A stretch of DNA of 64,000 nt from Tubiluchus corallicola (taxonomy: Eukaryota; Animalia; Priapulida), in contig JAQGDQ010000557.1 in the NCBI GenBank assembly GCA_030141605.1, positions 1 to 64,000 on the forward strand, in the 5' to 3' direction. Shown piece after piece: positions 1-12,800 of this stretch. How positions within the stretch are numbered: position 1 is the first letter of the stretch; each line of letters opens with the position of its first letter. Under the pieces are notes generated by a model. It had not been told where the DNA came from and ran no database searches. It was given only the letters and a program-made list of their open reading frames with translations. The translations under genes were made by a program, and so were the position numbers.

Positions 1-1726
1 GTAGAATCCAGGTCCCGGTCGATTTTCTTGCTTGCTGACTATCTGGTGTTTATTCGTTCCGCTGCTTGATATCATTTGACTTTTACAATGCCAAGCTTGA
101 CTTAAACTGAAAACTAATTGCTACTGTTACAGTGAAACTGAATTGTGTTAAGCTTTTTGTAGTGATTATTATGCAATTTTCCCAGTGTAAGTTGTTCTCC
201 TGCAATGAATGGTATATTACTTATTAGTATTTAATTGTGTATGCAACATTCATGAAGGCCGTTATTGTTTACATAACATGAAAGTTTGTATGTGAAAACG
301 ACTATGTGCGATAAGGTGTCTACTGTCTCACAGACATCAGTGGCTGATCATTTCATTGTAAAGACAGAAGATGAAAGCTCAACGAACTATAAGGAGTTGA
401 ATAAGTCGTTAACTCGTAAACGCAGTTTTTGTAGAGTATTAAAGAGTGCAAAGATTATGCAGAATACTACTGCTTTGAAAAAAATGTTGGCCACTGGCAG
501 CAATACATTGACATTGAAGAATGCAAAAAACATGAAACGGAATACTGCCGAATCGAAAAAAGTGGCCACTGGCACTACAACTCCCGTATTGCAGAATGCT
601 AAGGAAAAACAGAATACTGCTACATTGAAAAAAGTGGATACTGATGTTAAAAGGTCAATGTTTACGCAGTCTGTACCGAAAGCCTGTCTACCAATTAAGG
701 AAGAGACTAGAAAGTTGATTGTTCAGCGTAAAAACAGGTTCAAAGGCCATTATTGTTCTGCAATAAACTGCTATTCTAAAACCGGGGACATAGTTGATGG
801 TCTTCCTTTACATTTACACAAGTTTCCCAAGGAGAAAAAAAGGTAAATAAACTAACGAGAGGCTATCACGAGCCATCCATCATTGCTGTTCGTTAATACA
901 GATCGATCTTCAATTGATCACAAGTTGAATAAAGGACAGAGATATTGCCGATGCTATAAAAATTATGTTTAAACTGTGCTGTCTTATCAGTTATTTTTTC
1001 ATGTCAAAAGATATTATCCATAAAGACTACAATAATGAAACTTCGTCATTTAATTGTAATCAATTATTTGATTTTCAGGACTTAATTCGTTAAATAAATA
1101 ACAAATGTTATATGAGTAACAAATGTTTTAATGAAACTTTGATGTGTCGCTGAGTTACATAAATGAATGATTTCTCTATTAGGTGGCAACAGTTTTCACT
1201 TCCCTGAACAAAAAAGCAGAGTAGGTTCTACATATCTATAAGTTTTTCAGCTAGTACATAGAAATTTAGAGAATCTTAAAATAACCAATGGATTTTCATG
1301 TGTTCTTCGATTATGTATGTTTGTTGTTATGATTATTTTAGCAGTTTTTACCCTAGATACATGACTATTGCCTAGTGACCTTAACAGCTGCAAGAAAGTG
1401 ACAAAGTAATGTGAAAATAATTAAAATAACTAAGAAATTGCAATCAGAAATGGGCGGTTATCATTTTCTCGTTTATCTGCAACCACATAATCTGCAGCTG
1501 TACATATGTAAAAACACTTGAAAATTTATTTTACATAAGTGGCTTTTGCTTGCTGAATTTCACTTAAAATCCTCCTTTTTAGGCATTAAAAATATAGTTG
1601 TTACATGCAGATAATTTTGTCGTAACAATACGTTAAACATTTTGGTACTTTTGCTGCACATTTTATGTAAGTTCAGCAATTTTTACGGCCTGATCGGCTC
1701 AATAGTTTAGTTACCTAGCCAATTTA
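1..1726 (+). repeat. Left arm of long inverted duplication (pairs with 5503-7228; probably extends beyond window start)
   Basis: Reverse complement of 5503-7228. Only a few differences seen by eye: 507 A/G, 1088 C/A, A7 vs A6 at 835-841, small indel near 1587. Confidence 0.97.
304..842 (+). pseudogene. Inverted duplicate of THAP gene exon 1 (orphan exon; no + strand exon 2 seen)
   Basis: ORF identical in protein to 6925-6388 (minus). Ends AAA AAA AG|gtaaat, a phase-2 donor compatible with exon 2, but exon 2 lies on the opposite strand. Confidence 0.75.
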
Positions 1727-2115
1727 CCAGTATACTTGACCCACATTCAAGTCAGGTCCAAACTCCTGCTGAGGTGGTAAATCACGAAACCATTATCGGC
1801 AGGCACTTTTATACTTGGTATTCAATGCTCACACTCAATAGCTTTGTAATAATTCAAACCATTGCAAGGGAGAGGTTGGAGTGAAAACAAATTCATTTTT
1901 GCCAAAAAGTTCAAAACATAATGATAAAATGCAGAAAAAAATTAAGTGATTTCTGCACGGTAAACTTTTGGTGAGTTGTGCAGAAAATCAATTTTTCTCG
2001 ACACACTCCAATGTTAATATTAAGGGAATATTGATTGCCAGATGTTCCGTGTATTACGTTTCTAAAAATAACTTAAACAATTCCTAAAAAATAAAAATAA
2101 AAATAAATCACTTAC

Positions 2116-5100
2116 TTTTACCCCATAAATGAGAAAAAATCTCATCCGTAGTACCAGCATTCGAACCCTGTGTTTTTGAAACATCGTTTGCAGTAGAATT
2201 GATAACAGTGGATTGAGTTGGTTGCTGGGAGTCCTCATTTTGCAAAAGTACACGACCAGAAGATGGCTCTGTCCACAGCTGCTGCAGTCACAGTCAGAAT
2301 ATAGATAAAAACATTATAAGTCTGAAGTAAATGGAGTCTGAATGAATCAAAATCCTCTACTTAATTTTTACAAAGTGAAAATGCATGAACAGAGTTTAAT
2401 TCAGTTTCTTATTAATTATAAGACAATAATCCATTGCAATTGCTACTTTTAAATTTATGTAAGTGACAGAGTTTAAAGTTCATCTTTTCAAGAACAAACT
2501 CTAGTCAGTAAGTGCAAAATGGACAACAAAAATCTTGTACCTTAATCTTGGGCTTTAAGCTGAAATAAGCACCAAACATTTCATTAACTTGACAGAAGTC
2601 ACCATTTAATCAAAAGAATGCTTTTCAATTACAGAAAGGATAATGCATTAAACTAGAAATTTAAGTAACTTGTGGTTTAATATTTCCTGTCTCATAATAA
2701 CTCCCTTTCAGTTATAACGCTCCATTAGTGAGCTTTACTAATCCTGAGCTGTGAGTATTACTTACCATTTTATGCCCTTTGATGCTAACTGGGATAGCAT
2801 TGCTAACCAGGGCGTCTATTTCCGATGCACCGTTCTTTTCAGCAATATAGTTGTGCTCGTAAACAAGGCGGTTTTTAACATCTATAGCGTGAGTTTTTAT
2901 ACAAGGTTTTGGTTTAGGCTGCAAATGAAAGCTGGGTGTAAGTGTTTTATGAAACATTACCATTATTTGTTAAAACTGTGACCATCGTGTTAATTATAAC
3001 TATTATACTTCTTTGCTAAATACAAAATGGTTTTTACAATGTCTACAATTTTAACAATAGTTTACAAACAAAATAAAATGAGGAATTATCTCTACAGCGT
3101 TTGAAGCTATAAGGCTATGTTCTCTGCAATGACAGAACCGCGATATCCTTAATAAAATATACTAACAACAGTGAAGATCATTTAGCAAATTGACTGTAAA
3201 TTGTAATGTATTAGTGCCTGGCATTAATTTTTTACTAAGCAGCTAACTAAATCTCTAGCTTATGAATTTCTATGGACCCACATGAAAAATTACTAGTTCA
3301 AATCACATGTAAATTTCGTAATACATCTGAGGTAAAACATGGCAAAAAAATTTGCATAGGCACATATTTCAACCACTTTTATTTATGATAATAATAATGG
3401 ATATAATCAGAATGAATAGTTCTGAAAAAAGACTCTACAAAGGCTGTCATGGGGCAGCGTACGTAACATTTGGGTGCAGCCTTTTGGGCAGGACCAGATT
3501 ATGAGCTCTTGAGCCCATAGGCCAATAAAATTATGGGGTCCCTTCAGACGAAGCCACTCTCTAATTCGCTCAAACTCATCTCGAATATTTGTTACATGAT
3601 ATATTTTTGCAACATTTGCATAGCTGGGTCCATATAGCTGCATATATTTTCATACTCAGGAAAATGATTATTTCTTTTCTTACAAAAACTTCATAGCTTT
3701 ATAAGTTACATGGTAATCGTTAAACAGGCAAATGGTGAAGATAGCGAAAAAAATTTAGCCTACAAGTGCAATACAGAAATAACATCACAGTATCCTTGAA
3801 TGATCACGCCACGTTAATTTTTTTCAGTGCAAAGGCAATGCCCATTTTTCAGTTTAGCTACGTTTCTCAGAAAAAGTGTTTCCCAGAAAATCTTTTTTCA
3901 CAAAAAAATACATTTCCCAGAAAAAACAACTCCCCCAGAAAAAAACTTGTCAAAAAATCTTTTTCCCGCATAGTGCAATTCATTGTTTTCAATGTTTTCA
4001 TAGTCACAGTCAGATGCATGTACATCCTTCCTAAACCAGCAAAATAATTCGGCATAACAGTGAAAGGAACTGCCCAAAGTCAGATTCCTAAACAGTCACC
4101 CAACTAATCAGCTGCCAGACTAGACATCGCTTCACTTCAGTAGCCAGGCACATGCCTTGATTACTTGCTATTGCGTATATGCAAAGATCAACATGATTCA
4201 CTATATAATCGTTCTGGCGTTACAAATCTACTTTCTTGCTTTAACGAGTTGGCCAAATTTTTTTTATCATATAATCAGTATTAATCAATAATATAGTTAA
4301 AGTAAACTATTTTTCATTTCATGTCATCTAACTGTGCTTTAAAAAGGATTTCTTACATTTTCTATGAATTTCATTTTCCGGGAGATGGCAGTTCTCGAAA
4401 AAAATTTGGCAAATGGTTGTTCGGGGAAAGTTTTTCTGGGAAGTAAATTTTTCTGGCAAAAAAGTTTTCTGTGAAATTTTTTTGTCAGGAAAAAGTTTTT
4501 CTGCGAAAAAACTTTTCCGGAAAATGAGTCCCACATGCACCCATACGTCCTGTCCCCCAAGGGGGAACACAGCGCAATATTAGCATTCTTTTGCCATAAA
4601 TACAATTGAACAACTGAAATTAATTATAATGACACAGCAGTGTCTAAAAACAAAAACAATGTCAGGAATTTGATCACTGAACTCAATGAACACTACAATT
4701 TACTGCCCTGACACATCACATTACCTTGGCATAAGGTCTTTCAGTTGGAGGCTTTCTCCGAGATTCAATCCGAGGTGGAGGGTTGGGCACTGAAAACAAT
4801 GTAGGGACGGCATTCCAAATGAGGCGGTCCTTTTTATAATTCATGAATTGTAAATCTTCAAAGTGAAGAGAACATAAATAATGTGAAATGTGTCTTTCAA
4901 CAGGTGTTTTCTTTATTAGATTCATATTTCGAGAATTTATCGCCCACCTGTCGCTCCTGCAAAAAAGAGTGTAAATGACAAACACATCAGTTTTAAAACT
5001 CACGGATGAAAAAATAAGCTAAGTTAGTCTCATTAGGTGTTATTACATGTTTCTGGAGAGGTTTCTGGTCTATTATTTTTGTTGGCTTCCTTGAAAGATT

Positions 5101-6925
5101 TCATAATAATTAGTTCGGCAAATAGTTCTGATTTGCCATGGTAAATTTACAAATTTTCTGAGTAGGTAATCGCTCTGGGCAAATGTATCGCAGGGGAAAC
5201 AGACATTTTTCCTCACACAACTGAAAATAGGAACCAGCATAATCTACCAAGAAATTTCGCAAAATGTGAAAGCAAGACCTCACATACATGCACATTGTAC
5301 AGAAAAACACTGCATCAGTCCTACTCAGTGGAAATCTGTATACGAAACATCAATCTAGTAGTAACATAAGAAATTGAAGTAGATAAATACACAGTTATCT
5401 ATAGTGATGGGCTGAGCTGATCAGTGATGAGTGACAGGTGACCGAACAATGACGTTCGGTTGTGACTGGCAAACAAGTTCTAATCGGCTCAGAATTAAAT
5501 TATAAATTGGCTAGGTAACTAAACTATTGAGCCGATCAGGCCGTAAAAATTGCTGAACTTACATAAAATGTGCAGCAAAAGTACCAAAATGTTTAACGTA
5601 TTGTTACGACAAAATTATCTGCATGTAACAACTATATTTTGTTATGCCTAAAAAGGAGGATTTTAAGTGAAATTCAGCAAGCAAAAGCCACTTATGTAAA
5701 ATAAATTTTCAAGTGTTTTTACATATGTACAGCTGCAGATTATGTGGTTGCAGATAAACGAGAAAATGATAACCGCCCATTTCTGATTGCAATTTCTTAG
5801 TTATTTTAATTATTTTCACATTACTTTGTCACTTTCTTGCAGCTGTTAAGGTCACTAGGCAATAGTCATGTATCTAGGGTAAAAACTGCTAAAATAATCA
5901 TAACAACAAACATACATAATCGAAGAACACATGAAAATCCATTGGTTATTTTAAGATTCTCTAAATTTCTATGTACTAGCTGAAAAACTTATAGATATGT
6001 AGAACCTACTCTGCTTTTTTGTTCAGGGAAGTGAAAACTGTTGCCACCTAATAGAGAAATCATTCATTTATGTAACTCAGCGACACATCAAAGTTTCATT
6101 AAAACATTTGTTACTCATATAACATTTGTTATTTATTTAACTAATTAAGTCCTGAAAATCAAATAATTGATTACAATTAAATGACGAAGTTTCATTATTG
6201 TAGTCTTTATGGATAATATCTTTTGACATGAAAAAATAACTGATAAGACAGCACAGTTTAAACATAATTTTTATAGCATCGGCAATATCTCTGTCCTTTA
6301 TTCAACTTGTGATCAATTGAAGATCGATCTGTATTAACGAACAGCAATGATGGATGGCTCGTGATAGCCTCTCGTTAGTTTATTTACCTTTTTTCTCCTT
6401 GGGAAACTTGTGTAAATGTAAAGGAAGACCATCAACTATGTCCCCGGTTTTAGAATAGCAGTTTATTGCAGAACAATAATGGCCTTTGAACCTGTTTTTA
6501 CGCTGAACAATCAACTTTCTAGTCTCTTCCTTAATTGGTAGACAGGCTTTCGGTACAGACTGCGTAAACATTGACCTTTTAACATCAGTATCCACTTTTT
6601 TCAATGTAGCAGTATTCTGTTTTTCCTTAGCATTCTGCAATACGGGAGTTGTAGTGCCAGTGGCCACTTTTTTCGATTCGGCAGTATTCCGTTTCATGTT
6701 TTTTGCATTCTTCAATGTCAACGTATTGCTGCCAGTGGCCAACATTTTTTTCAAAGCAGTAGTATTCTGCATAATCTTTGCACTCTTTAATACTCTACAA
6801 AAACTGCGTTTACGAGTTAACGACTTATTCAACTCCTTATAGTTCGTTGAGCTTTCATCTTCTGTCTTTACAATGAAATGATCAGCCACTGATGTCTGTG
6901 AGACAGTAGACACCTTATCGCACAT
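2116..6925 (-). CDS. THAP (C2CH zinc finger) domain protein, THAP12/PRKRIR-like THAP; 3'-truncated, with a 1-nt frameshift at the exon-1 donor as assembled
   Basis: Exons (minus): 6925-6388, 4956-4725, 2918-2766, 2281-2116, all GT-AG. Joined THAP: CSAINC...LHKFPKEKK-RSDRWAINSR...HYLCSLHFE...NAVPTLF (C2CH, W, AVPT[IL]F box). Exon 3 has EHNY (D/E-H-x-Y HCF-1-binding motif, typical of THAP proteins). Exon 4 ends on an open phase-1 donor with no further exon before the inverted repeat. Confidence 0.8.
3860..4530. mobile_element. Foldback-like relic: two inverted arrays of ~16-bp subrepeats
   Basis: 3865-3970 repeats TTTCCCAGAAAAA-like units. 4375-4525 repeats TTTTTCTGGGAAA-like units in the opposite orientation. 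Confidence 0.45.
4010..4175 (-). mobile_element. SINE relic with 5S-rRNA-like boxes
   Basis: Similar to 32180-32345 (shared AACTGCCCAAAG, TCACCCA, TGCCTTGA). Minus strand reads GAAGTGAAGC...GTTGGGTGAC. Confidence 0.45.
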
Positions 6926-7228
6926 AGTCGTTTTCACATACAAACTTTCATGTTATGTAAACAATAACGGCCTTCATGAATGTTGCATACACAATTAAAT
7001 ACTAATAAGTAATATACCATTCATTGCAGGAGAACAACTTACACTGGGAAAATTGCATAATAATCACTACAAAAAGCTTAACACAATTCAGTTTCACTGT
7101 AACAGTAGCAATTAGTTTTCAGTTTAAGTCAAGCTTGGCATTGTAAAAGTCAAATGATATCAAGCAGCGGAACGAATAAACACCAGATAGTCAGCAAGCA
7201 AGAAAATCGACCGGGACCTGGATTCTAC
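5503..7228 (-). repeat. Right arm of long inverted duplication
   Basis: GATTCTAC at 7221-7228 is the reverse complement of bases 1-8. TAAATTGGCTAGG at 5503 is the reverse complement of sequence ending at 1726. Confidence 0.97.
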
Positions 7229-9818
7229 TAAAATGCCGGTCATATCACTGTGAATACTGCTTACAGCTAAACAGCACCACTTTCTGTTAATCCAGCACAT
7301 TCGCTTCTGTAATTGAAATTTCTCCTTTCTCAAAATTTATTCAAGTCAGATATTAAAACTAATTTATGTAAAAATAGGCTACTACAGGCCAACTAGTCAT
7401 AAAAATTTTACGGAATAATCCCACTCCACGAAGAAGCCGCCTGAGAAATTAGACATAAGCAATAACAGAAATCATTCATGACCAACAGACCTAACACAAC
7501 TTAAGGCGCACGACGCACCTGACCTATGTTAGTAGCGGTAACACCACGGACTACAGTGATCGCGAATGCCAAGGAGTCTCTTAACAGTTTATAAATTAAC
7601 CGCCTGCACAAATTTGTCCTGCACTTTTTGATATAAAGGTAACAAAGCAACCTCATATATTTTAGTTTTATTGTTACATTTGTATCATACATCTTAGTTA
7701 ATATATCTTAAGTTACCATTTCCCAATAAAGAATAACATTATTATTTTATTTTATTATACTGGTATGTGCGCACAGCGCACGATTGAGTTACACCATGAA
7801 ATCATTAAAATTAATTTTATTGAAGGTAAATCTAAAATACATTCGGCAACACTTGATTGTCAAAAAGCATCTGACGTTGATCTAGTAATATTCTAATTCT
7901 TCTAATAAAAGAAAAAAAATTAAAAGCTGTAATATTGGAATTCATTGCACTGCAGTTATATTACCTGCAATGCCAACTACATAGACAACACTACAAGACA
8001 CCTAAAAGTAAGAGCATGCAAACACTGAACATTTGGGAATTTCTTCAGAAACAGCAAAACATTAAAACACCCTGATATTCAACAGTTTCAGTCATATTAT
8101 TGGCTATGATTAAATTGCTGATTTATATATTCAGTTAACATTAATAATTACTGCAGACCATTTATAAATTAAGCTGTTAATCAGGAAAGCTTTTTAGCAA
8201 TTTTTAAAACAATCCAGTTTCAAACTGCTAAAATGGTCTCATTCCAGTTAACAGACACGCCGTTCGAAAAATTGGTAATTGCAAATAATTGAGTAACTGC
8301 ATTTAATTAGTCATTTTACCACATAGTGCATATCCTTAATTATTTATTCCAACCCGATTTTTGTGCCAAAATTGATTTTCAGGGACAGTTTCGTCAACTT
8401 AGAGGTGCTGAATCAAATATAATAGGTGTTATTTTCCTTTTTTTCATGCACTTTTTTAACTGCCATCTTCAATTTGAAAATGTAATCGTTTAATAATAAA
8501 GCTTGTTGCTGAGTCCCCAAAGGCTTTGAGCTAGGTTCAATCTATACCCACCCAGTTACGTATATATTCAATTCCTAGCACAATTCAATCAGATGAGTTG
8601 CATGTCAAAGACAGTTGCCCTAATTTTGACATTTTGATCCCTGGTTACGCCCACTTTTTAAAAATTTTAATGCTCATCTACCACAACCATACCTCCAGGC
8701 TCACGAAAAAAAATAAACGCCCAGGAGAAGCTTAATTTTTAATTGTTAGTAGTGGCCGTCTTGAAATCTAAAATGGAAACCGCAAATGTGCATGAAAAAT
8801 GGCACCTATCATTCAATTCAGTGCCACCAAATTGACTTAACTGATCTAGTTAGCCTAACTTTCAGACGTAGCGCACTATGCTAACAGTAATCTGCTACCA
8901 AATATAATTATAAACTCATGCAAAAAAAATAAGAAAATTAAGAAGTCACCACTTACTTTTGAGATCACCTGGAGGAAGCATTCCAGGTTTTTAAATTAGT
9001 GCGCATATTTTGGTGATTCTAATATAAAGTTTACTTTTGTAAATTCAAAGTTACAATAATAATTTTTAAAGTGTTAAGCAACGTGGCTCCATTTTGTATA
9101 AGGAACATAATGTCAAATTATGTTCCTTGCAGAACGATCGGATCATCATCACACACAAATTTGCTTTCTTTTTTGTCGGAGCTCTAATTTGGTATCAGAT
9201 TAAAGGAAACTGTTAAAAAAAACCTTGTTCGTGAAATGCAAATTCTCTTAAAACCGTTTTAATTATTTTCGAAGTATAAGCGATTTCTCTCTTTCGTAAT
9301 TGTTCTGAATACAAGAAATAAGTGACTTTTATTTAGTTATAGTTTTAATTTATATATTTTTGTGTACGATCTGTACTTTTATCAAATTTTATTATTAAAC
9401 TGCTCCATTTCGTTATATTTTATTAATGACTGTTATGATTTAAAATGTGAGATGAGACACAACATATCACAATGTAAAATTATGAGATGACACAACAAAC
9501 ATAATGTTAAATTTATTAATTACTGTTGGTGATTCTTTAAGTAAAACGGTCGATCAAGCCACGCTGATATATTGTTCTCAGTGTGATGAGCATGAAAGGT
9601 ATATAAACTTTGGACTAGCTATCAATCAAGTTGGCCTTTTTATTGCTATCAATTAAACGTATGATATACTTACCTGTAGTGACTGTTTGTTTAGTAATGA
9701 TAGCTCCTGTATAGTTCATGCAAACCCTGCCACTAATGTCATAGCTAGCCGGATACATGCAAATTTTCTGTGCTGGAAGAAATAGAATAGTATTTAAGTC
9801 AAGAGCCTGTTTCTCATA

Positions 9819-12800
9819 ATGTCTAAGTGGGCAAATATATTTGTGTTATGTTGCGTTATTTTTACCTTGTCTAAAGTTCTGACACAAGAAAGTGGCGATT
9901 ACATAGACGACTATGATGATGACGAAAATAGTGATATCACTATTGATAAATTGAAAAGAACAGAAAGGACAACTAGGAAAACAGAAGACGTATGGAGTAT
10001 CTGGGACGACGATTTTGGTAGCGAAGATGTCGATGAAAATAAATTTGTTGAAAAAACTACTGTTACACAATCAGTTGGCACAAAAGGTTGGTTGGATTCA
10101 CTCTTTGATTACGAATTAGATCTAGATGATGCAGAAGTTCAATCGTCAGGTAAAAAGTCGACTGGTGGAGGACATTGGCTGGACGATCTAGCTGACGAAT
10201 CACTAGAGGAAGAATTCGAAATTAAGATTGATAATCCCTATGACGATGAGGGCGCATTTTCAGCTGGCAGTCCGGGTCTGGCCCCCATTCCTGACAAAGG
10301 ACAGCCTAGAAAGCCTCCAAAACTGAATTTCACCTTGAACCGCTCGTTCATAGGTAAGAATTACAGCCTCATTTTCCTTCCTCCAATGATGCCGAAACTC
10401 TACCAGACTTTAGTTTGGCCGATTTACTTCTTTTTTGTCTCCAACGATTCGCTCTGGGCTGAAGTAAAATTCGAGTCGGCGGACGAAAACTTGTTCACCA
10501 TTCACGGTAATGACACGTTTGTTATCGAGAATGCCATGAGCCCTTTTTACGTGAAGAAGAACGTCTCTGTCTTCTTAGAGGGAAAGTTTCTGGCAAAGAC
10601 TTGGATGCACGTTGAGGTAACACGATGCTTTGATCAACAAATAAGAAGTGCGTGCCGGACAGAACGACTGGAAAATGTTTACAGGATTCATGTGCTGAGG
10701 ATGCCGAGATTAATCGATTTCATCTTCGTCTACGTCATTTGGACAATGATCGTCATTAATTCAATTGGATTCGGTTGCACCATTCATTTGGACGTCATTT
10801 GGGGGATTATGAAACGCCCCCTGGCGCCAGTCGTCGGTTTCTGTTGCCAGTTCATATTTATGCCAATTGTAAGTAGCTACTTCTTTTCAAAGAATATATT
10901 ATCACAACCCTGATACCACAAGTTTCTGGGTTCAACACTGCATAATTTCCGTTTTTAAAGCCTTCCTCCTTTTAAATTTAACTGTGAATTAAAAGAAATA
11001 AGTTATTTCGTTCATCATGTGAACTCTATCAAATCCAAATTCTTCCGGCAGTTATTTACTAGCAGTTTTTTGTTCAGTTACATAACCATGATGTCAAATG
11101 CTTTTAGTCCAATAGAACATTTTTCTTAAAGGCAACAATTATAATCTTTCACACCGCGAGACGAGACGGTTTCAAGATGTTTGCGTTTTGTTGTCTGAAA
11201 GTGATATAAATTTACCGATCTTTTCTACAACTTTATCTCTTTTACATGTACATAGCTCCCGTTCGTGGGCTAAAACATCGCCTCTTTTTCATTTCCTCAT
11301 TCTAGAATTTTTCATCAGCCGTGTAAGTCTTTATTACTTAATTTCTTAACAAGTTCAGAGATATGTGCTAAGCTGACGTTTAATGTTAGCGATAAAATCT
11401 ATGTTTCAAGGTCACTTTCTAATATCTTAGACATCGACATCACATAATCAGCCGTTTTGATTTCTGTGAACCAAATGAATATAGAACTAAGTATTATTAA
11501 AAACTTAAATAATAAAAACTATCAGTAAAAAATCTATAAACAGGTACACATTTAAGGGCTTTTGTTAATAGATGTAACCAGATTGCAAATGCCTAATAGG
11601 TTATTGCAAAATTTGTTACAACACTAGTGTTGCCATCTGCTAAAATTGTTACTTAACTAATAGAAGCTTGTGCACCAGTCTGACAACCTGTCAACTGAAA
11701 CAGGATTTCTATAGACAGCTGAAGAATTAATGCCAACAATACTGTCTTATTTTTGTGTAAATCAAGACGCATTGCAGGTTATGGGATAACTGAACTGCAT
11801 GCACCGCTATAATTTTAAGGTACTTTTTGCAGTGTCAAAAATGTAATACAAGCTAGTGACGTATTACATTTCAATTTATGCTATTATGACTGTGATAATA
11901 TGATAATATTATGATTTTATAATTGCTATACTATACACTCTGTCATTTATAAGTATACGTTCATTTATCATCATTACAACCAAAAGGTTGAATTACAGTA
12001 CAGCATAAAATTGTAATATAAATTTTTTAAAAAGCATAAGCAAGGTAGAACATGCAGCGACAAACGCTATTACATTGTTACAAGATACATGAACAAAATA
12101 AAGAAAAATTAAATTAATCAAATTTTAATTCATTTCGTTCATATATCTTGTGACAATGTAATTGTGCTTGTCGCTATACGTTCTACCTTGCTTATTCTTT
12201 TGTAAATTTTATATTTTGTAATTCTATGCTGTACTATAATTCAACATTTTGGTTCTAATGATGATAAATAAACTTATTATAAGTGACAGAGTGTATAGTA
12301 TAACAATTATAAAATCATAATGTTATCATATTATCACAGTCATAATAGCATAAATTGAAATGTAACACGCCACTATCCTGTATTACACTTTTGACACTGC
12401 AAAAAGTACCTTAAAATATCCGGGACATCTCATGACAAAGAAAATAACATATTTAACTCTTTCAGATCGCATTTTGTCTGACCAGAATTCCATATTTTGC
12501 ACTCACTGCCAACTTATCTCTCGGTTTGTTTACGAATGGGTGCAGCCCTGGTGGAGGTTCCAGTAACTACTGGACATTGCTCTTCGATGGGCATGTTGAC
12601 CTCAGTATCACGATGACCTTTGTCAGCACCATAGCAGCTCTCGGTAATGAAATTCAATAAGTCTCTTTTTTTATCTACGTCATTTCAAATTTTTAATTGC
12701 GTTAGATGATTTGTATAATACAATTAGATTTTTGTTAAAAACGTTTCAATAGAAAACAATTATATTCAACGAAATTTACATCAAAAATTTCTTTATATAA

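Noticed and set aside
1-7228. Intact transposon with 1.7-kb TIRs
   Set aside because: The arms consist of gene exon and intron sequence, the outer end lies outside the window, and no TSD or catalytic transposase domain is visible.
8370-8880. GCCATCTT/AAAATGG motif clusters (also 18590-18630) as YY1 promoter sites
   Set aside because: More likely internal motifs of decayed non-autonomous DNA transposons; boundaries could not be defined.
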